Assembly: GCF_040938485.1 (NCBI RefSeq)
Contig: NW_027271853.1
Span: 806,001 to 870,000, forward strand
Direction: 5' to 3'
Source: Diadema antillarum
Taxonomy: Eukaryota
DNA: 64,000 nucleotides
Part shown: one piece after another, positions 1 through 14,012 of the stretch
Numbering within the stretch: the first letter of the stretch is position 1
How the letters are laid out: each line of letters begins with the position of its first letter
Notes under the pieces: generated by a model
What the model was told of the DNA's origin: nothing
What the model saw: only the letters and a program-made list of their open reading frames with translations
Database searches by the model: none
Position numbers and translations under genes: made by a program

Positions 1-557
1 GCTATAAGAACCAGAGATTTTTAATCACACTACATCTTTTGTAAGGAAGTAATACAAGGACGTCCCCAAGGTATATCATACTGGCAGTATCAGCAAGTAG
101 ACGGAAGCTGGGTAAATATTAAGTGTCGGGCCCGTATCTGAAGAATGTTTTTAAGACTTGCATGAACACATATATAGGCCTATCGATGTGCTACTTGTCA
201 TCTGTATGGTCATACAGATTGCGTATTTTGTTGTCAGTGATATCTCCTTGCCTATATGACATGTTGATGCTATAATCATACCAAGCACATGTAAAGATCA
301 TCTTGAACACTTTGACATCAAGCGCCCCACCCCTTCCGAGGAACCTTCATGGGATTGGGATTTGATTTATAGATTGTCGTCAATGTATCTCTACAGTTGC
401 AATATATACGTTCTTTTATATTCATTAATCTATTACCATCATCTTTATCTTCATCTATTCATATATTCTATATGTGTACATCTGTCTGCACCGTTCTCCG
501 CCTATCTAGTCTACATACCATCATTCTGTGTATATGTCTCGTTTCCGCTTCATCCAT

Positions 558-715
558 TCTCTCTCTCTCTCTCTCTCTCTCCTCCACCCCTCCCTTCCTC
601 CCTCCTCTCGCTCTGCCCTCCCTTTTCATCTTCCAATGTTTTCAGTCTGTTTTGTTCTGATCGTCTCTCTTTTCTCTCTCCCTCCCTCACTCTGTCTCCC
701 CCTCCTAGTTCACTG
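558..715. repeat. (CT)n microsatellite and CT-rich low-complexity tract
   Basis: Perfect (CT)n run at about 558-581 followed by a pyrimidine-rich degenerate tract. It explains the Ser/Leu/Pro-rich ORFs at 362-944. Confidence 0.85.
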
Positions 716-2563
716 CCGGGGTAAAAACATGAGAACATTCATGCAATATCGATCTTTGGACTCGCGTCTACGTATATGCACACGCCATTGTAATCATAAT
801 GGCGACTGCCTTGGGAAATTTGCTTTGTGCAAACAGAATGGATGGAAGTCGTGGCCATGTGCGTTTATTGTAACTCACTCCAAAATGAGCCTGTCCGTTG
901 GGCAGAGAATTCGTGCGACCTGTCCAATTTGTGGAGGGAGTTGACATGTTAGACCCATTTGTTGCAAACGAGACGAGTATTCCTGATGCATAATAAATAT
1001 CTCATATTCATAAGTGAACGCTGAGGAGACCCGCAGCGCGGTCATGTATACTACCATGTTATATTGATTCTTAACCTAGACTGCTGAAACGAGCAAGCAT
1101 AAAATTTAATATTATCAAATTTTCACGCCCCGGGTGTCGTTACCAGGTCGGATGAGAATCACGCGTTGCTAAAGAAAGTATATAGGCCTAAATTATATGT
1201 ACAGAGCAGTGCAGCTATTTGATTCTATAAGTTTAAAACAGAAAGTGTAAGTGGTCAGGCGTTAGGTGATGTGTTCATGGGTACATTTTGCATCAAAATG
1301 AATTTCCATCATTACATGGCGCTTTAATCATTGCAGATGACTTTCCCAGAGCAGGAAAGGAATGCTCTAATTTCTACCCTTCCGTCGTGCAGAATATCAG
1401 CAAAATGTTACAGCATGTGAAATCGTGGGAAATTGTGGAAAATCCAGCGTTTTTAGAGACAAAATATGATGTTTACCTCCGATATCCATTTAGACATTTC
1501 GAGGCAAAAACATTTTGCAGGAAGTTCATGTTGACTTGACAACTTTGCAATTTCCAATAAAACATGTAGACGTTAATGATAACACCTGGCTCACATCACC
1601 CAACTCTCTTTCTTATTCATTTCATTGTCTACTCTACTAATCAGACCAAGGAGGTATCACACACATACCCCCTTGATTAGACAAAATACTCAGTCGCTGA
1701 TGAGTTGACCACCTATACGAAACACCGTGGTTGTTCCGCCTTCACAAGACCTATTGACTTCTGTCTCACCCGATCACAGTCTACTAGCGTATCCTCATCA
1801 GCGACCGCACAATGTAGTGACTCAAAAGCTTCGAGCCAATGGTATGACTCACCTAATTCTTCTCTAGCCACGTCCGAAACACCTGTTGCGCGAAGCATTC
1901 CGGTTTTCGACACCGGGCCAGAGACACCATGCACATCTCTCTGGACGCGACTTTAGTTCAGTCACTGATCTGACTGATCACACGAACCGGCATTGAACCA
2001 TTATGTCAAGGTGTATAGCATCTTTGAATGATCTGACGAACCGGCGTGTGATGAGGCATTGCAGTAGGTTACCGTGCTACACGTGACGCAAGACCTTGAC
2101 TGTGCTAGATCATGTGGTCGTCGACGGGCCCATGGCGCCGGAGGTTATTTTTCGTAGTAGCACGATATCTTACTCGTCTTAGTGCTTAACCAGCTATTCT
2201 CCACCAGGATTGTCACCACGCGACCATCACGTGCCGGTTTGTGAATCAAAGTAAATCCTAGTATATCATTTCCTATTCATGATCGCTTTACTGAAATATG
2301 AGATGCCCTACCACACGGGCAGTGTTTCAGACAATGTCAGAACAGGGAGGTGGGAAGAAACATTCCCACCTCCCTGTTTACGCTGTCTGTATAAACAAAC
2401 ATACCTGTTGACTTTATTCAACTCTTTATGATTCCTTCTCGACAGAGTTATCAGTCCGACCGCGGACATTAAAGAATGAGTTGTCTTAACAGTAAATGCC
2501 ATCACTTGTTTTATCGTTTGTTTTTCTGATTCACCCACAGACATTGTGCAACAACTCTTTGCC

Positions 2564-5500
2564 ATGGCGAACTGTAACATGGAACACTTGGAGAGGGAGT
2601 TGATCTGTCCGCTCTGTAGCGACTACTACACCACGCCCCTCCTCCTCCCCTGTCATCACAACGTATGCCATCGCTGCGCCAAAGCTCAACTGACAGGCTG
2701 CAGCATCACGCCCCGAGGCTTTCACGCCTCCAACGAGAGCCTGCATTCTATCGGCGGCGACAGCGTCGTGACCACACCCACCTCTAGGCCCGACAGCGCT
2801 ACGGGACGGACCAGCTCACGTAAGCCGTCCATAACCTCTTTTTCGTCCACGCCCACCTCCCCGCTAGACGCACCAGGTGGAGGATTCAACACGGCGCAGC
2901 GATGCTCGATGCGGAGGTCGTTCCGGAAGAGGGAGAGCGTAACGGGATCGGGCCCGATCACGCCCAGGGAGTCGGCAAGGACGAAGCGGAAGATGAGCGG
3001 GGCTGGCAGAGATTCCCCGAGGCCCGCTGGGAGAGAGTCCCCGAGGCCCGAGTCACCGATCTCCGAGTCTCCCCGCCCGGAATCTCCCCGATCGGACACC
3101 CCGGGACCGTCTGATACCCCGCGGGGTCGCAAGGGTTCAACTGGGAGTTTGCCGAGTCGTTCAGACTCGTTCAGCTCCAGTGGATCAAGGTACTCGTGCG
3201 GAGCATGAAACTTACTATCTACACACTGAAGTGCATGGTTATGGTATTATTGTTGTTTATCATAGGCGTCTCATGTTCCCAATAATGCAGCATGACTTTC
3301 ATCAATGAAACTAACTTACAGATATAATGACATTTTATGCTAGGAAACATATCCGAGGGTTAAATGCAAAAGCAACACCATCAAACAAATGGGGACATTT
3401 ATAATTATCTGGGTACTTGTGGGGGATTATGTTGAAAAATTATCCTTTCCGATGCTGTATGTTTAAACCTATCCCAATGCTTGTTGCTTAATCAAATTGT
3501 TGATATTCGCCTGCTTATATCTTGCAATGCTTTTAATCTGAATGATTTCCTTCATAGACAAGGACAAAACTTCAGCTGATCGTACTTAGAAATTTTGACG
3601 AAAACTGCGCCGCCGTAGTAACTAGGACCTACTCTTTGCGAATGATCGCATGATTATCGGTTGCTCGTTCATGTTCCTTTTTCCTGGCAGAGGTCGATCA
3701 TCGTCGACCGGCAAACTGAACGCTCCTATGTCGACAACCATTCACTGTCCGTCCTGCAAAACAGACGTCTTCATCGGCGACAAGGGGATCAATGGGCTCT
3801 TCCGGAACTTCGCCCTCGAAGTCGTTGTCGACAGGTATAGATATCACTAAAATCCTCTGGTTATTGTAATATGCATGTGATCGTGGGAGGGGGGGGGGGG
3901 GGGGCAAAGTCATCTCTAAGCAGATGAAGCCGGTGAAGGTCAAATCCAAGTTTCTTCGAGACTGTGCACGAGGGGGAGACAATTTCAAGATTCAATGTTT
4001 CTCGCTTTGCATGCTTTATTTACTTAAATGTGCCACGGTGCGGATTCCGTTTTAATTGACTTACCTAATTGTTGCAATTCCCTGACCTGACAATGCCTAA
4101 AGGAACCCTTTGCAATCGAAATCCACATCATCTCGATTTTGGCTGTTTAAAGGGATGAGCAGAATGGTAGGGGTATCATGGGTCTAGTTTTGATGAAACT
4201 TTTATTATCCAAATAGCGAGAAGATTATTCTTTCTTGTTTGAGTATACCATTTTACTAAAGCCAATTTGAACTTTGTTGAATGTACATAGTCTTGAGTTG
4301 CACTTTCATGATGTAAAAAAAAAAAATTAAAAGTGTCGTTTGACAGATTGAAACAATAGGACTTTATCTGTGTCCATGGATTTATACTCTCATCGATTAT
4401 GTTAATGATAATGAACTATAATGTATTCTTCACCAATGCCGCTCAGTTCCCTTTAGCACATTTGGTGCGATGGGAAGTTGCGTACAACATTTAAGATGAA
4501 AAACTGAATTTGATATCAATCATGTTTTTGATACCAAGATCATACAAGCAGGACAGAAACAAATTTATTTTATGGTGCAATATCAATATCATTCGACCCA
4601 CGCAGCGGTATGCGGAAATATCTATTCATATTATTATTTGTTTTGTGACAAGCGCACTCAATTGCTCCGCGCCCTGATTACACAAAGCACACAAACACAC
4701 CCGTACCTCCTCATTTAATATTGATATTTGAATACGAATGCGTATGATCACAACCATAATAGAAAGACATTATTACGAAGAATTGTTGCTGCAAAATGAG
4801 CTGTGAAAACAGTTTCAGGAGGAAATAGATTTTCAGGTTTGTGAAATTCAGAAATAGCTTTTAATTTGCGAATGGATTTATCTCTGTATAGTTTGAACCA
4901 CGTTTTATTTAATCGTTACATTTTGTTATATAGAATTCCTATATATCATATGTTCTTTGTCTTGATTTGCATAAGCCAATTCAAAGGCACCAAATAAAAT
5001 ATGAAGCAACTTGGGAGATCATAGGAAACGCGAGAAAGTTTATTGCAAAGCACTCCGGGGCAACGCAGCCATTGTTCCTTGATGATAATAGGAAATCATT
5101 TTGATTATATTCATTATCATGCTGTTTAGCTTATTTTGTGCAATAGTGGATCCCATGATTTCGGCCCGAGTAAACAAGGCAATTTATTTGATTAATCGGA
5201 GTGAATGAATTTAGCTTCTCGGATGAACGGACGATGCACTATCCCACGCGTTTATCTGGGTCTTTGTATAGCATTTAATGGTGGATCGGCCATGCGAGTA
5301 CTGTAAACAATAGAAAAGAACAAACAGAAAAAAAAATGAAGAAGCTGGAGGTGCTTTGCCTCCATCAAAAGGTTTTTTTTATGCCTATTTAATGTTTGTA
5401 GGTTTATGACGCGACTCAACCCGGTTGTGATAAGAGTTTACAGCAAAGCAAACATGCGGATAAATGTGACATGCTACCTTATATCACACAAAAATGCTAC

Positions 5501-8500
5501 ATCAAGCTTATTAAGAGGTCATTCAGAGAGGGATTGAGGTAGACATCGCTATAGGTTATTAGGACAGGGTGTCTGGTAAGAACGTACTGCGCATCACCTC
5601 ATAAGTAATTCCCCATTATATGTTTAAGATGCTCTTCTTTATGTAGTTTTTCTGTACCTTCTGGATATTTGACTACCCCTATATCTTCATACTGTGAATG
5701 TGACACCATAGAGGTGCGTTTCTTTCTCTATTAATTTGATAATATTGACTTACAAAATAGCTGACACTAGCTATGAATCGGAAATCTGATTTGCATACTG
5801 TAACGCGTACTGTTACAGCGAGATTATCCATATTGATACCTATTGATTTCCCTGCCGCAGGTATAAGCTAGCTGCGAAGAAGGCTGCAAGCATTCCGTGC
5901 GGCTCCTGCAAGAAAAAGCCGGCGGAGGACGCCACCAAGAGTTGTCTGGACTGCAAGGCGCCATACTGCACCGAATGTTTCGCCATCCACCACCCGTGGG
6001 GTACTCCCCGTGCTCAACACGTGTGTATCGGACCCACCTACAACTACAGACCAAAGGTATCCGTCCAATCATTTTTTACTAATAACTGTTGTCATGATGA
6101 ATTAAGATCATTACATTATCAAGATGTGCACAATATCGAGGAGTTTGCATTTCAGCAGGACACTTTCAGAGCCAAGGCCTGAACTTGAAATGACCCATTC
6201 ATGTACTTCTTGTTTCCATAGCAACGTTTTGTACAATCTCTCTGAAAAGACATTGGATTAGGGTTAGAAAATACATTATGCCCTCAAAAGGGTGCGAATG
6301 AGAACCTTTCTTTCATTATTCTTTTAACAGTGAGGCTTTAAAATGTAAATGTATCATGGTATTGATGTCCTGTGTGTCTGTCAACACTGCAAGAACATTG
6401 TCTCTTTGTTTGTTATTTCCGTTTTCATTTCCGGGAACTCCACAATCTTACTGTAATGGAACATTTCGAATCGTTTTCTCATGGCATCTTAGTCGAAATG
6501 ACGCATGTGCCACGCAACTCAACGAAGCATTACACTTACTCAGCGATATTTGTCTTTATTTCCCACGAACATGATAAGACATCGTGCAGCATTCTTTTAT
6601 GTTCCGTCGTGTCGTCACACTGTAAATATTTACCCCCGACTTTTGTGATCAATGTACACCATGCATATCGAGTGCAATTCTAAAGTTTGCAGTTGTGAAC
6701 AGTGTTTGCCGAGTACTTAGCCTTAAAAAGACAAAAGGGCGACAATTTGTGTTCCCTATCAGACGTAATGAAATATGCCATGTTAATAACAAAAAGAAAA
6801 GGAAGATAACAAGTTGATTTATTCAGACTGTTCAGCGTGTTTGATACTCCGTATTCGATTTGAAATCAAAGTTTGCGTCTCACTTCCTTGGTTTTCCATA
6901 ATGCATGTATCATGTTATCACCCGCAGTGAAGTGCACTATTACTCTTGTCGTAGTAGATTACAGATCATTTCCTTCTCAAAATCGTGCAGCAAAATATTA
7001 ATTGGAAATTCCGTTAGGTGACTTGTATGTAAATACTTCAAGAGTGTTTGTAAGCTAAAATACAGCGTAGCGATCTTACAGAATACATGGCATACGATTC
7101 CTTGATTGAATGTTCTTCGTTTTCTGTGCGTAAAATGGCCTTCAATGCCGCCCATGTATTGCGGATCCAATTACTTTTTGTTTAACTTGTTGTAATCGCT
7201 TGTATCAATCAATATCACTGCGATCAGTAGGCAATTGGTGTGGTAGTCTGTGAGTTCATCGCAGTGTAAACGAATTAACGATATCCCCCTGTCGGTTTGA
7301 TGAATGGGGTGAATGGATTGCTCACTGGGGGAGTGTACTCTGCCCCCGGCAAAGAAAATGAGACTTTGAACCCGTATCCGCGTTCATAATAATACATACC
7401 TCGACTCTCCACAAACGAATGATCCTGAGGGCTTCTTTTCAGGTTTCAAACAAAATAATTGAGCCCGTGTCAAAAACAGACATGCCTAAAGGCAGGGGAG
7501 TTCCGATCAGTGACTCATCCACTTTTGGGATTTATCATATTTCATACAATACATTTATATTCGTCACGAGCGACGAACTGCCCGAGACACATCGTCATCA
7601 AAAGACTTCACCTCTTAGCACCCTCATAAAACGAGCAATAAGATACAAAAATGTTCTTTTATATAAAATCAAACTGGAAGATCAAGTCTGATAAAAGTGA
7701 CGCTACGAAATGAGACATGCAAATGACGGGAATTCATCGATATTGAAAGAACGATTTTTGATATTCCTAGGAAATGACTAACCATATCAATATTTACGTG
7801 TATACATTAATCGACTTATTTTATCGGGAAGTTGTTTATTTTGATATTTTACTGTTCTTTCGTATCTTTTGCACCATTGCGCAGTTTGACGCACAGGTGT
7901 TGCTATTCGTGCTAAACTTGTAAAAAAAAAATAGAAAGTCAGGTAGCTGTGTGATGTACATCCATAGGTCATGTACCGCGCATCACCGGAGTTTCGGAGG
8001 ATCCTAATTCTCGCATGTATTATGGATGTTCATGAAGCATTTAAGGTATCGCTATAGGACATCATAACGTCTCAGTTCAAAGGCGTCCTATTCGATGATT
8101 AAAATGTTATCGAAATAATAGATCTTGGAGGTTACTAAGGTCTGGCAGGGGAAGGAGATGAAAGGTCCGTTCTTGCAACAACCATACTACCCTTACTTTA
8201 GCTACAAAAAGAACTAAGTAACAAAGACAAAAGTGCTCTTTCTCGTATAGATAGAGGGAAATAGTGTGTGCCTTCTGCGTTCCCGTATTGACTGACCCGC
8301 ACGTGTGAAGAAAGTTATCATTTCTCTCTGTTTTTTATCCGTGTATAGACTCTGATGTGCAATGAGCATCATGGTGAGAAGATCACCATGTACTGCGAGG
8401 GGTGTCACAAACCCATCTGTCACAGGTGTAAATACAACGGGGCGCACGCCGAACACAAGGTCTCCATCATCGAGAAGAAATATACGGCGCTCAAGGTGAG

Positions 8501-11500
8501 CTTAGTGACCGGTAATGTGTGTTGCTTACCGAAGTGATGATGTCACAGTCTTGTATTATAACTTGGGTTGGAACCAGATGCGAGCATGGTTAGCAATGAT
8601 AATGTTCAGGTTCACAGATATTCGGGCTGGTGAGGTTGCTTATAGAACCAGTTTCCATGGGCGATGAATGGCTATCAAATGACACTTCGGTACTCTATAT
8701 TGATGTATCTGCCACTATCCACAACCAGTATACAGATGACCTCTAAATACTCCTCATACTGCCGAAGGTGAAAGTTTCCAACCGGAGTCCTTTACCATTG
8801 ATGTATGCCAGTATCGGAGAAAGGAATGATGTTTGTTGCCTGTAATTCCGGTGAAAGGCAAAATGGCGATAATATAAAAAGTAATTGTCTAAAACATCCT
8901 GTATTTTCGGTCATCCAGAGTTTTCCCTTTGTATTCCTCACACTCTCCCAGTTCACAATGTCGTTTATAAATTTGTTATGAAACTGAAAAAGTGAAAGTT
9001 AAAAATAAATTCATGACTGGAAGCACTTCGTCTGTACTGTATTCTTCACATTTTACTCAATGGAAATATGGATGGAAGGGGGAGAGGGGACTTTGAAATT
9101 TGGAATTTGCGATTTTGCACATTCTGCATAACTTCCGTTAGTTTGATACGGACACCACATTATTTTCCAGGTAGTCAAGTGTGCTTGTTAACAAAGATTT
9201 GAAAATGACAACAATCAAAAAGTGGTAATGACAATTAAAAGAATGCATCTCACAGGAGACCCGTATATCATCAGTGATCAAAACTCTTCTGCTAATGTCG
9301 TAAAACATTTGATTTTACAGGAAAAGATGGAGCAGGCGATTGGAGCAATCCAAAGCAGACGGCACAAGATCAGCGGACAAGTGGAGAAGCTGGAAAAGAT
9401 ATTCGCCTCCATCGAGGTATGCAGTCCGACAGAGGGCGCACTATACCATGTTGATGTTGTTCATCGTTGTTTTATTTTTACCGGGGGTTTCTCTCAGTAT
9501 TTAGGGGATGTACCGTAGTTTTCACGATGGTATTCTTCAACAGTCATCTGCTGTGTTCACACTGTAGTAAAACACTCAAATCATGTCAATGCAAGTACTT
9601 CATTCACGCTAGTAGGACCTATAAGGCAACTTTACTTCATGAGGATACAGTATTGTTGCATTCATTTATGACAATTCTTTACAAGGGCATATTCACTCAA
9701 ATTGTGAAAATGTAATTTGTATTTTGTAGAATCAGAAATAAAACTTACTTTAAAATAGTGTTTATGTTTCAAATACGTCACTTAAATTGCTCACATCAAG
9801 ATTTATTCCCTGCACTGCTGTTTCGTTCCAGGGCAACTCGGAAGCCATGCAGAAGGCGTTGGCCGAGGCGCTCGAACTGCTACGCGCCACCCTCGCCGAG
9901 AGACATATCGCCCTCACCGAGCAGGCGGCTCAGGAGGGCGAGAAGAGAACGAAGAACATCAAGGAGATCCTGGACACCTACAAGGCGGTGCTGCAAGGAT
10001 GCAGCGTGGCTGACCTCGCCTCGGAGCTCCTCAAGGAGACGGACAAGGCCATGTTCGTACAGGCGGCCAAGCCTCTCGTCGGAAGGTACGAAGCCCGTGA
10101 TTGGTCAACTTCATCTTTATTCTACCTATTTGTTTACAATTCTTCTCCTTATCGTGTAATATTTTACAGAGTTAGAGTGAGCCCAGGCATGGTGGGTTAT
10201 TTCTCTCACAGGGTTCATCGGAAGTTACGAAGGCAAGCTGTAATTGGACAACTTCATCTGTATTCTGCACTTATTTGCTTGTCATTGAATGTAGGGTTGT
10301 TTGAGAATTCACCGGCAGGTAGGTTGTGATTGGTCACCTGGGTTCACTTAATTTGCATTCAAAAACAATGTTCGGTTGCCATGGCAGTTTTTCCATCCCT
10401 TTTGAAAGGGCTCAATTTGACGTAGCATCTCGCCTCATCTTAATAGGGTTTATGGCGAAATGTTGAACAGAAGTTTTGTCTGCTCTTGTAATGTTCCCAC
10501 TCCAATTACGGATATTTCCCCTCACCCCCGTCAAACTTCTCGATTTTTTGCCAGTGTGAACAGGCGAAAGTGAAATCGAGAGTAATGTGATGGCTCAATT
10601 TTAGCAATATAAAAGGTCAATAATTGGAAACATCCTTCGCCATCTTGTTTTCAATAATGTTCAACACTGGTCAGCAGACTGTTTTATATTCAAAAGGACA
10701 CCTTGAGGTTCTATTGAGTTGAAAGTGGAGACCAATAGAGGAAGAGATGGCGCTTTGGATATTCGACTACTTTTTCAAAAGGAATGAAACTAACTGCAAG
10801 CATACATGACAAGTGCTGATGTAGAATGATTGATTTCGAACGTAGCTTGAGGCGAAAGCGTCGGGGTAGGTGGTTCGTGTAGGTAGAAGGCAGGGGGTGA
10901 TGATAATAGTGTGGTTATTAGAAATAATCACCAATTTTACTGAAAATCACCTGAAATCATGAAGAGAATACCAGATTATCTCACTCGTGTATCTTTTCAT
11001 GCAATCTGGACCATATGCGACTATTTTTTTAAATGAATTTCACGCCAATTTTCATTCTACTGCCACTACTGATCATTACCTTTAAGCAAGGCATTTTGAT
11101 ACAATACGAATAGGAAACTTTGATAGTTGTATATTATTAAGTTGTCCCTACATTAAATTTTCTATTCATTGGGCATATCATCTTCCCACGTGTTCCCAGG
11201 CTGATGGACACAGCGAAGTCTCTCAAGCAGTCTCAGGATATGTGTGAGAATTACGAGACGTTCGGAAGCTTCACTCTCGACTCAGCTGACGCCCTGAAGA
11301 ACCTCCAGAATTTGGACTTCTACCAAGGTAAGATAGTATTTAGATATTGCAGATGTCTAGATCATAGATAAAACAGAGAGCATCCCCCACCGACATAATG
11401 CTTTTCAATCAATTTTGGAACCCTGTCGCAGCTGGCAGTTGGAGCGTTTGAATACTCAGTCCAGTCCAGACGTAGTAAAAACGTACGGTAGCATGCGCTT

Positions 11501-14012
11501 CTGTATTTTTTTTTCTACCAGATATCGTCTTGAGATGACAGTTGCTAAGTGATTACTGATTTCAAGCTTTGACCATCACATTTCTCGGTGTAAAAAGAAA
11601 ATAATAATTTCTTCAAGTTTGCCTGGAACTCTGAGGTGAAGACGATGTTATATGAGTCATAATACCAATGTTGTGTGAGTGACAGACAGGACATACAAGC
11701 ATTATAACAAACGTTCTTTGTAAAAATCATGTCTGCCGCTAAGGACCTTGTTTTTTTACCTGTAAGCAATATTACTCAAAGCTACCAACTGATCTTTATG
11801 ATATTTTCAGGATAGGTTCGTTGTTGTAAGGGAAATACGTGATTTTTTCGGTGCTAATCCCGATCATAATAACTGATAATCCTGTCAAAAGATACATTCT
11901 CAGCTCTAAGACATTGGCGACTAATTCCTTAGCAGACTTTTACAATTTCCAAGTGCTTTTTCGTCTTTTCCAGAAAAAGCTTATTTTTGTTACGGTTTTT
12001 TTTAAAGGAGTTTTGACTGCATTTTCAATACAAACATCTTCTAATGTTTTAACTCTCCTCGTATCTGCCCTACACAGCACCCGGTCAACCGTTACTGCGT
12101 CCTCAAGCACCAAACAAAGCGGTGTGCCTCGAATGGGAACCACCCATCGCTGGTGGCGCCGTTGACTCCTACACAGTGGAATACAAAGTGCTCAACGGGC
12201 AGCAGCAGACGGGCGACCGGCCCGTCGAGCGACCATCCAGCCTTCACCTCGACACGAACGGGAGTGCTCCGGCTGCGGAGGAGGAGGACCCCACCGAAGA
12301 GGGCTGGACGTCCGTCCCGGATTTGACTGAATGCAAGTTCGAACTGGATGACCTGGATGTGAACTCGGCATACAAATTCCGGGTCAAAGCGTGCAATCCC
12401 GCCGCGGCGACAGCGAGTGACTGTGTGGTGCTGAGGACCCCACCAGCACAAGGTAAAATATATCGATGTTAAGGTTGTTTGGTAGCGATTCGTTTCGGGT
12501 ATTTCTGTTGGCGTTGTGTGTGTAATGGTTGCATCACTCATCTCAGATACAGACACACAAAGCTGAGAAGCAACTAGGGTTCATCGGGGTGCCAGCTGTG
12601 AGAGCGTTAAAGGGACTGTACAGTTCTGGTTGAGGTGAGGATTTAGCCTTTAACGTTTTGCGAGATATTCAGAAACCACTCTATGGGATGTCAAAGAGTA
12701 TGCAATTCTAAGGGAAATCAACATTTTATTTGATGAAAATCGGTTTTGAAATGGCTGAGATATCCAAAAACAAGGTGAAAAAGAGATCCTAATAAAAGTT
12801 GTAGCCTGTCGCCTTTTATTATTATCACTTTTTTGGATATCTCAGCCATTTCAAAACCAATTTTCATCAAATAAACATTGAATCCTTCTTAAGATTACAT
12901 GCTCTTTCATATTTCATAAGAGGTTTCACATTATCTCACTTAGGAATGTAATAAACCGGAATCCTCACCTCAACCAGTACTTAAACGTCGATAACTATCG
13001 TTCTAGATGAGAGACGACGAATGCAAGAGTATGATGTTTTATTTCCTTCAGCGTCGTCTGCCATGTGGCCACAGGCCATCTACATGACAATATATTCTTG
13101 TTGGCCGTGGCTAGTTCTCATTTCATTTCATTTCATTCATTTGATTTCCACATTAGAACAACAATCATAACAGTTTCATATTATGAACATATTCATTAGA
13201 GGGTACTAATATTAAAGCCTATCAGGCTTCATGGGAAAAGGCCCCAAAGTTTTGTCATGTTAACCTGAAATTTTCAATTACGCTAAATTATTGACTCATG
13301 CCCTTGCACCGTAATGATGTTATTTCTCTTCTTCTTGTCTATTATCACAGTGTTGCCTTTCAAGTGGACGTCTTGCCAGTCCAACTTAGCTCACACCTCT
13401 TCAAAAATCCGCAAGGATGGTCAGGAGGTGTTGGTTTCTCCCACCGCGTCACTCTTCTCCTCCAACTCGAGCTCGTTTCCGACGTCGCCGATCGCCATCG
13501 AACCCGTCCACTTTGTGGGTGACAAGAAGCTCTCGTCGGGCCGCCACTACTGGGAGGTCCGCGTAGACCAGTCTCCACTGGCCGTCCACGTCGGCGTGGC
13601 CAGCGAGCGCATGGCCGAGCAGTTCAGCCGCAGCGGCGGCAGCGACGCCATCGCCGATCGCGACAGCGGCCACGACAGCTGCGACGAACTGGACGACGAC
13701 GCTCTGCAGCAAGACCCGACCGTCTTCGTCACCCACTGCTTGGGAAAACTGACGCTGCCGTCAACTGGTACATCGCCGAGGAAGAGTTCGAGTAAGGCGT
13801 CGAGGAACGGTCCGCGATCGTGCGCCATCAACTCCAACATCATCGGCGTGCTGCTCGACACGGACGCAGGGAGGGTTGCCTTCTTTGACGGATTGACCAG
13901 GGAATGCCTCTTCTCAAGAAAAATCAAAGTGTCCGGTGTCATCCAGCCGGCAATGTCTATCATTGGGTCAGGATCGGTGACGTTAAACGGCAAATGTGCA
14001 GACGGGAACTGA
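2564..14012 (+). CDS. TRIM36: TRIM36/TRIM46-like class C-I tripartite-motif E3 ubiquitin ligase, 875 aa (RING, B-box1, B-box2, coiled coil, COS, FN3, SPRY/B30.2)
   Basis: Nine phase-compatible GT-AG exons: 2564-3189, 3691-3834, 5861-6056, 8349-8495, 9321-9416, 9832-10085, 11200-11327, 12078-12452, 13351-14012 (2628 nt = 876 codons including the stop). ATG in gccATGG context; an acceptor at 2540/2541 implies an upstream non-coding exon. Motifs: ELICPLC..LPCHHNVCHRC..HCPSC..LFRNFALEVVVDRY; B-box1 CGSC..TKSCLDCKAPYCTECFAIHHPWGTPRAQH..GPTYNYRPK; B-box2 MCNEH..MYCEGCHKPICHRC..H..H; ELLKETDKAMFVQAAK; FN3 LEW..Y.VEY..L....YKFRVKACN; SPRY SGRHYWEV..DSGHDS..IGVLLD.D.GRVAFFD. I recognise these as TRIM36/46 family motifs from memory; orthology to TRIM36 versus a TRIM36/46 co-ortholog needs a phylogeny. 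Confidence 0.93.
6212..6225. promoter_or_regulatory. Candidate RFX X-box motif in TRIM intron 3
   Basis: GTTTCCATAGCAAC matches the X-box consensus GTHNYY-AT-RRNAAC exactly. Motif match only. Confidence 0.35.
12611..12980. mobile_element. Kolobok-like non-autonomous DNA transposon, family 2 (TRIM intron 8)
   Basis: TTAA|AGGGACTGTACAGTTCTGGTTGAGGTGAGG at the left; CCTCACCTCAACCAGTAC|TTAA at the right (inverted repeat, outermost right bases lost). The body is similar to 37484-37856 and to a fragment at about 57000-57080. Confidence 0.7.

Noticed and set aside
362-944. ORFs of 120-138 aa
   Set aside because: They are translations of CT-rich low-complexity sequence with no domain motifs or splice support.
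2722-3140. Antisense and alternate-frame ORFs over TRIM exon 1 (also 12092-12556 and 13449-14140)
   Set aside because: Shadow ORFs of GC-rich coding exons; the sense frame carries all the family motifs.
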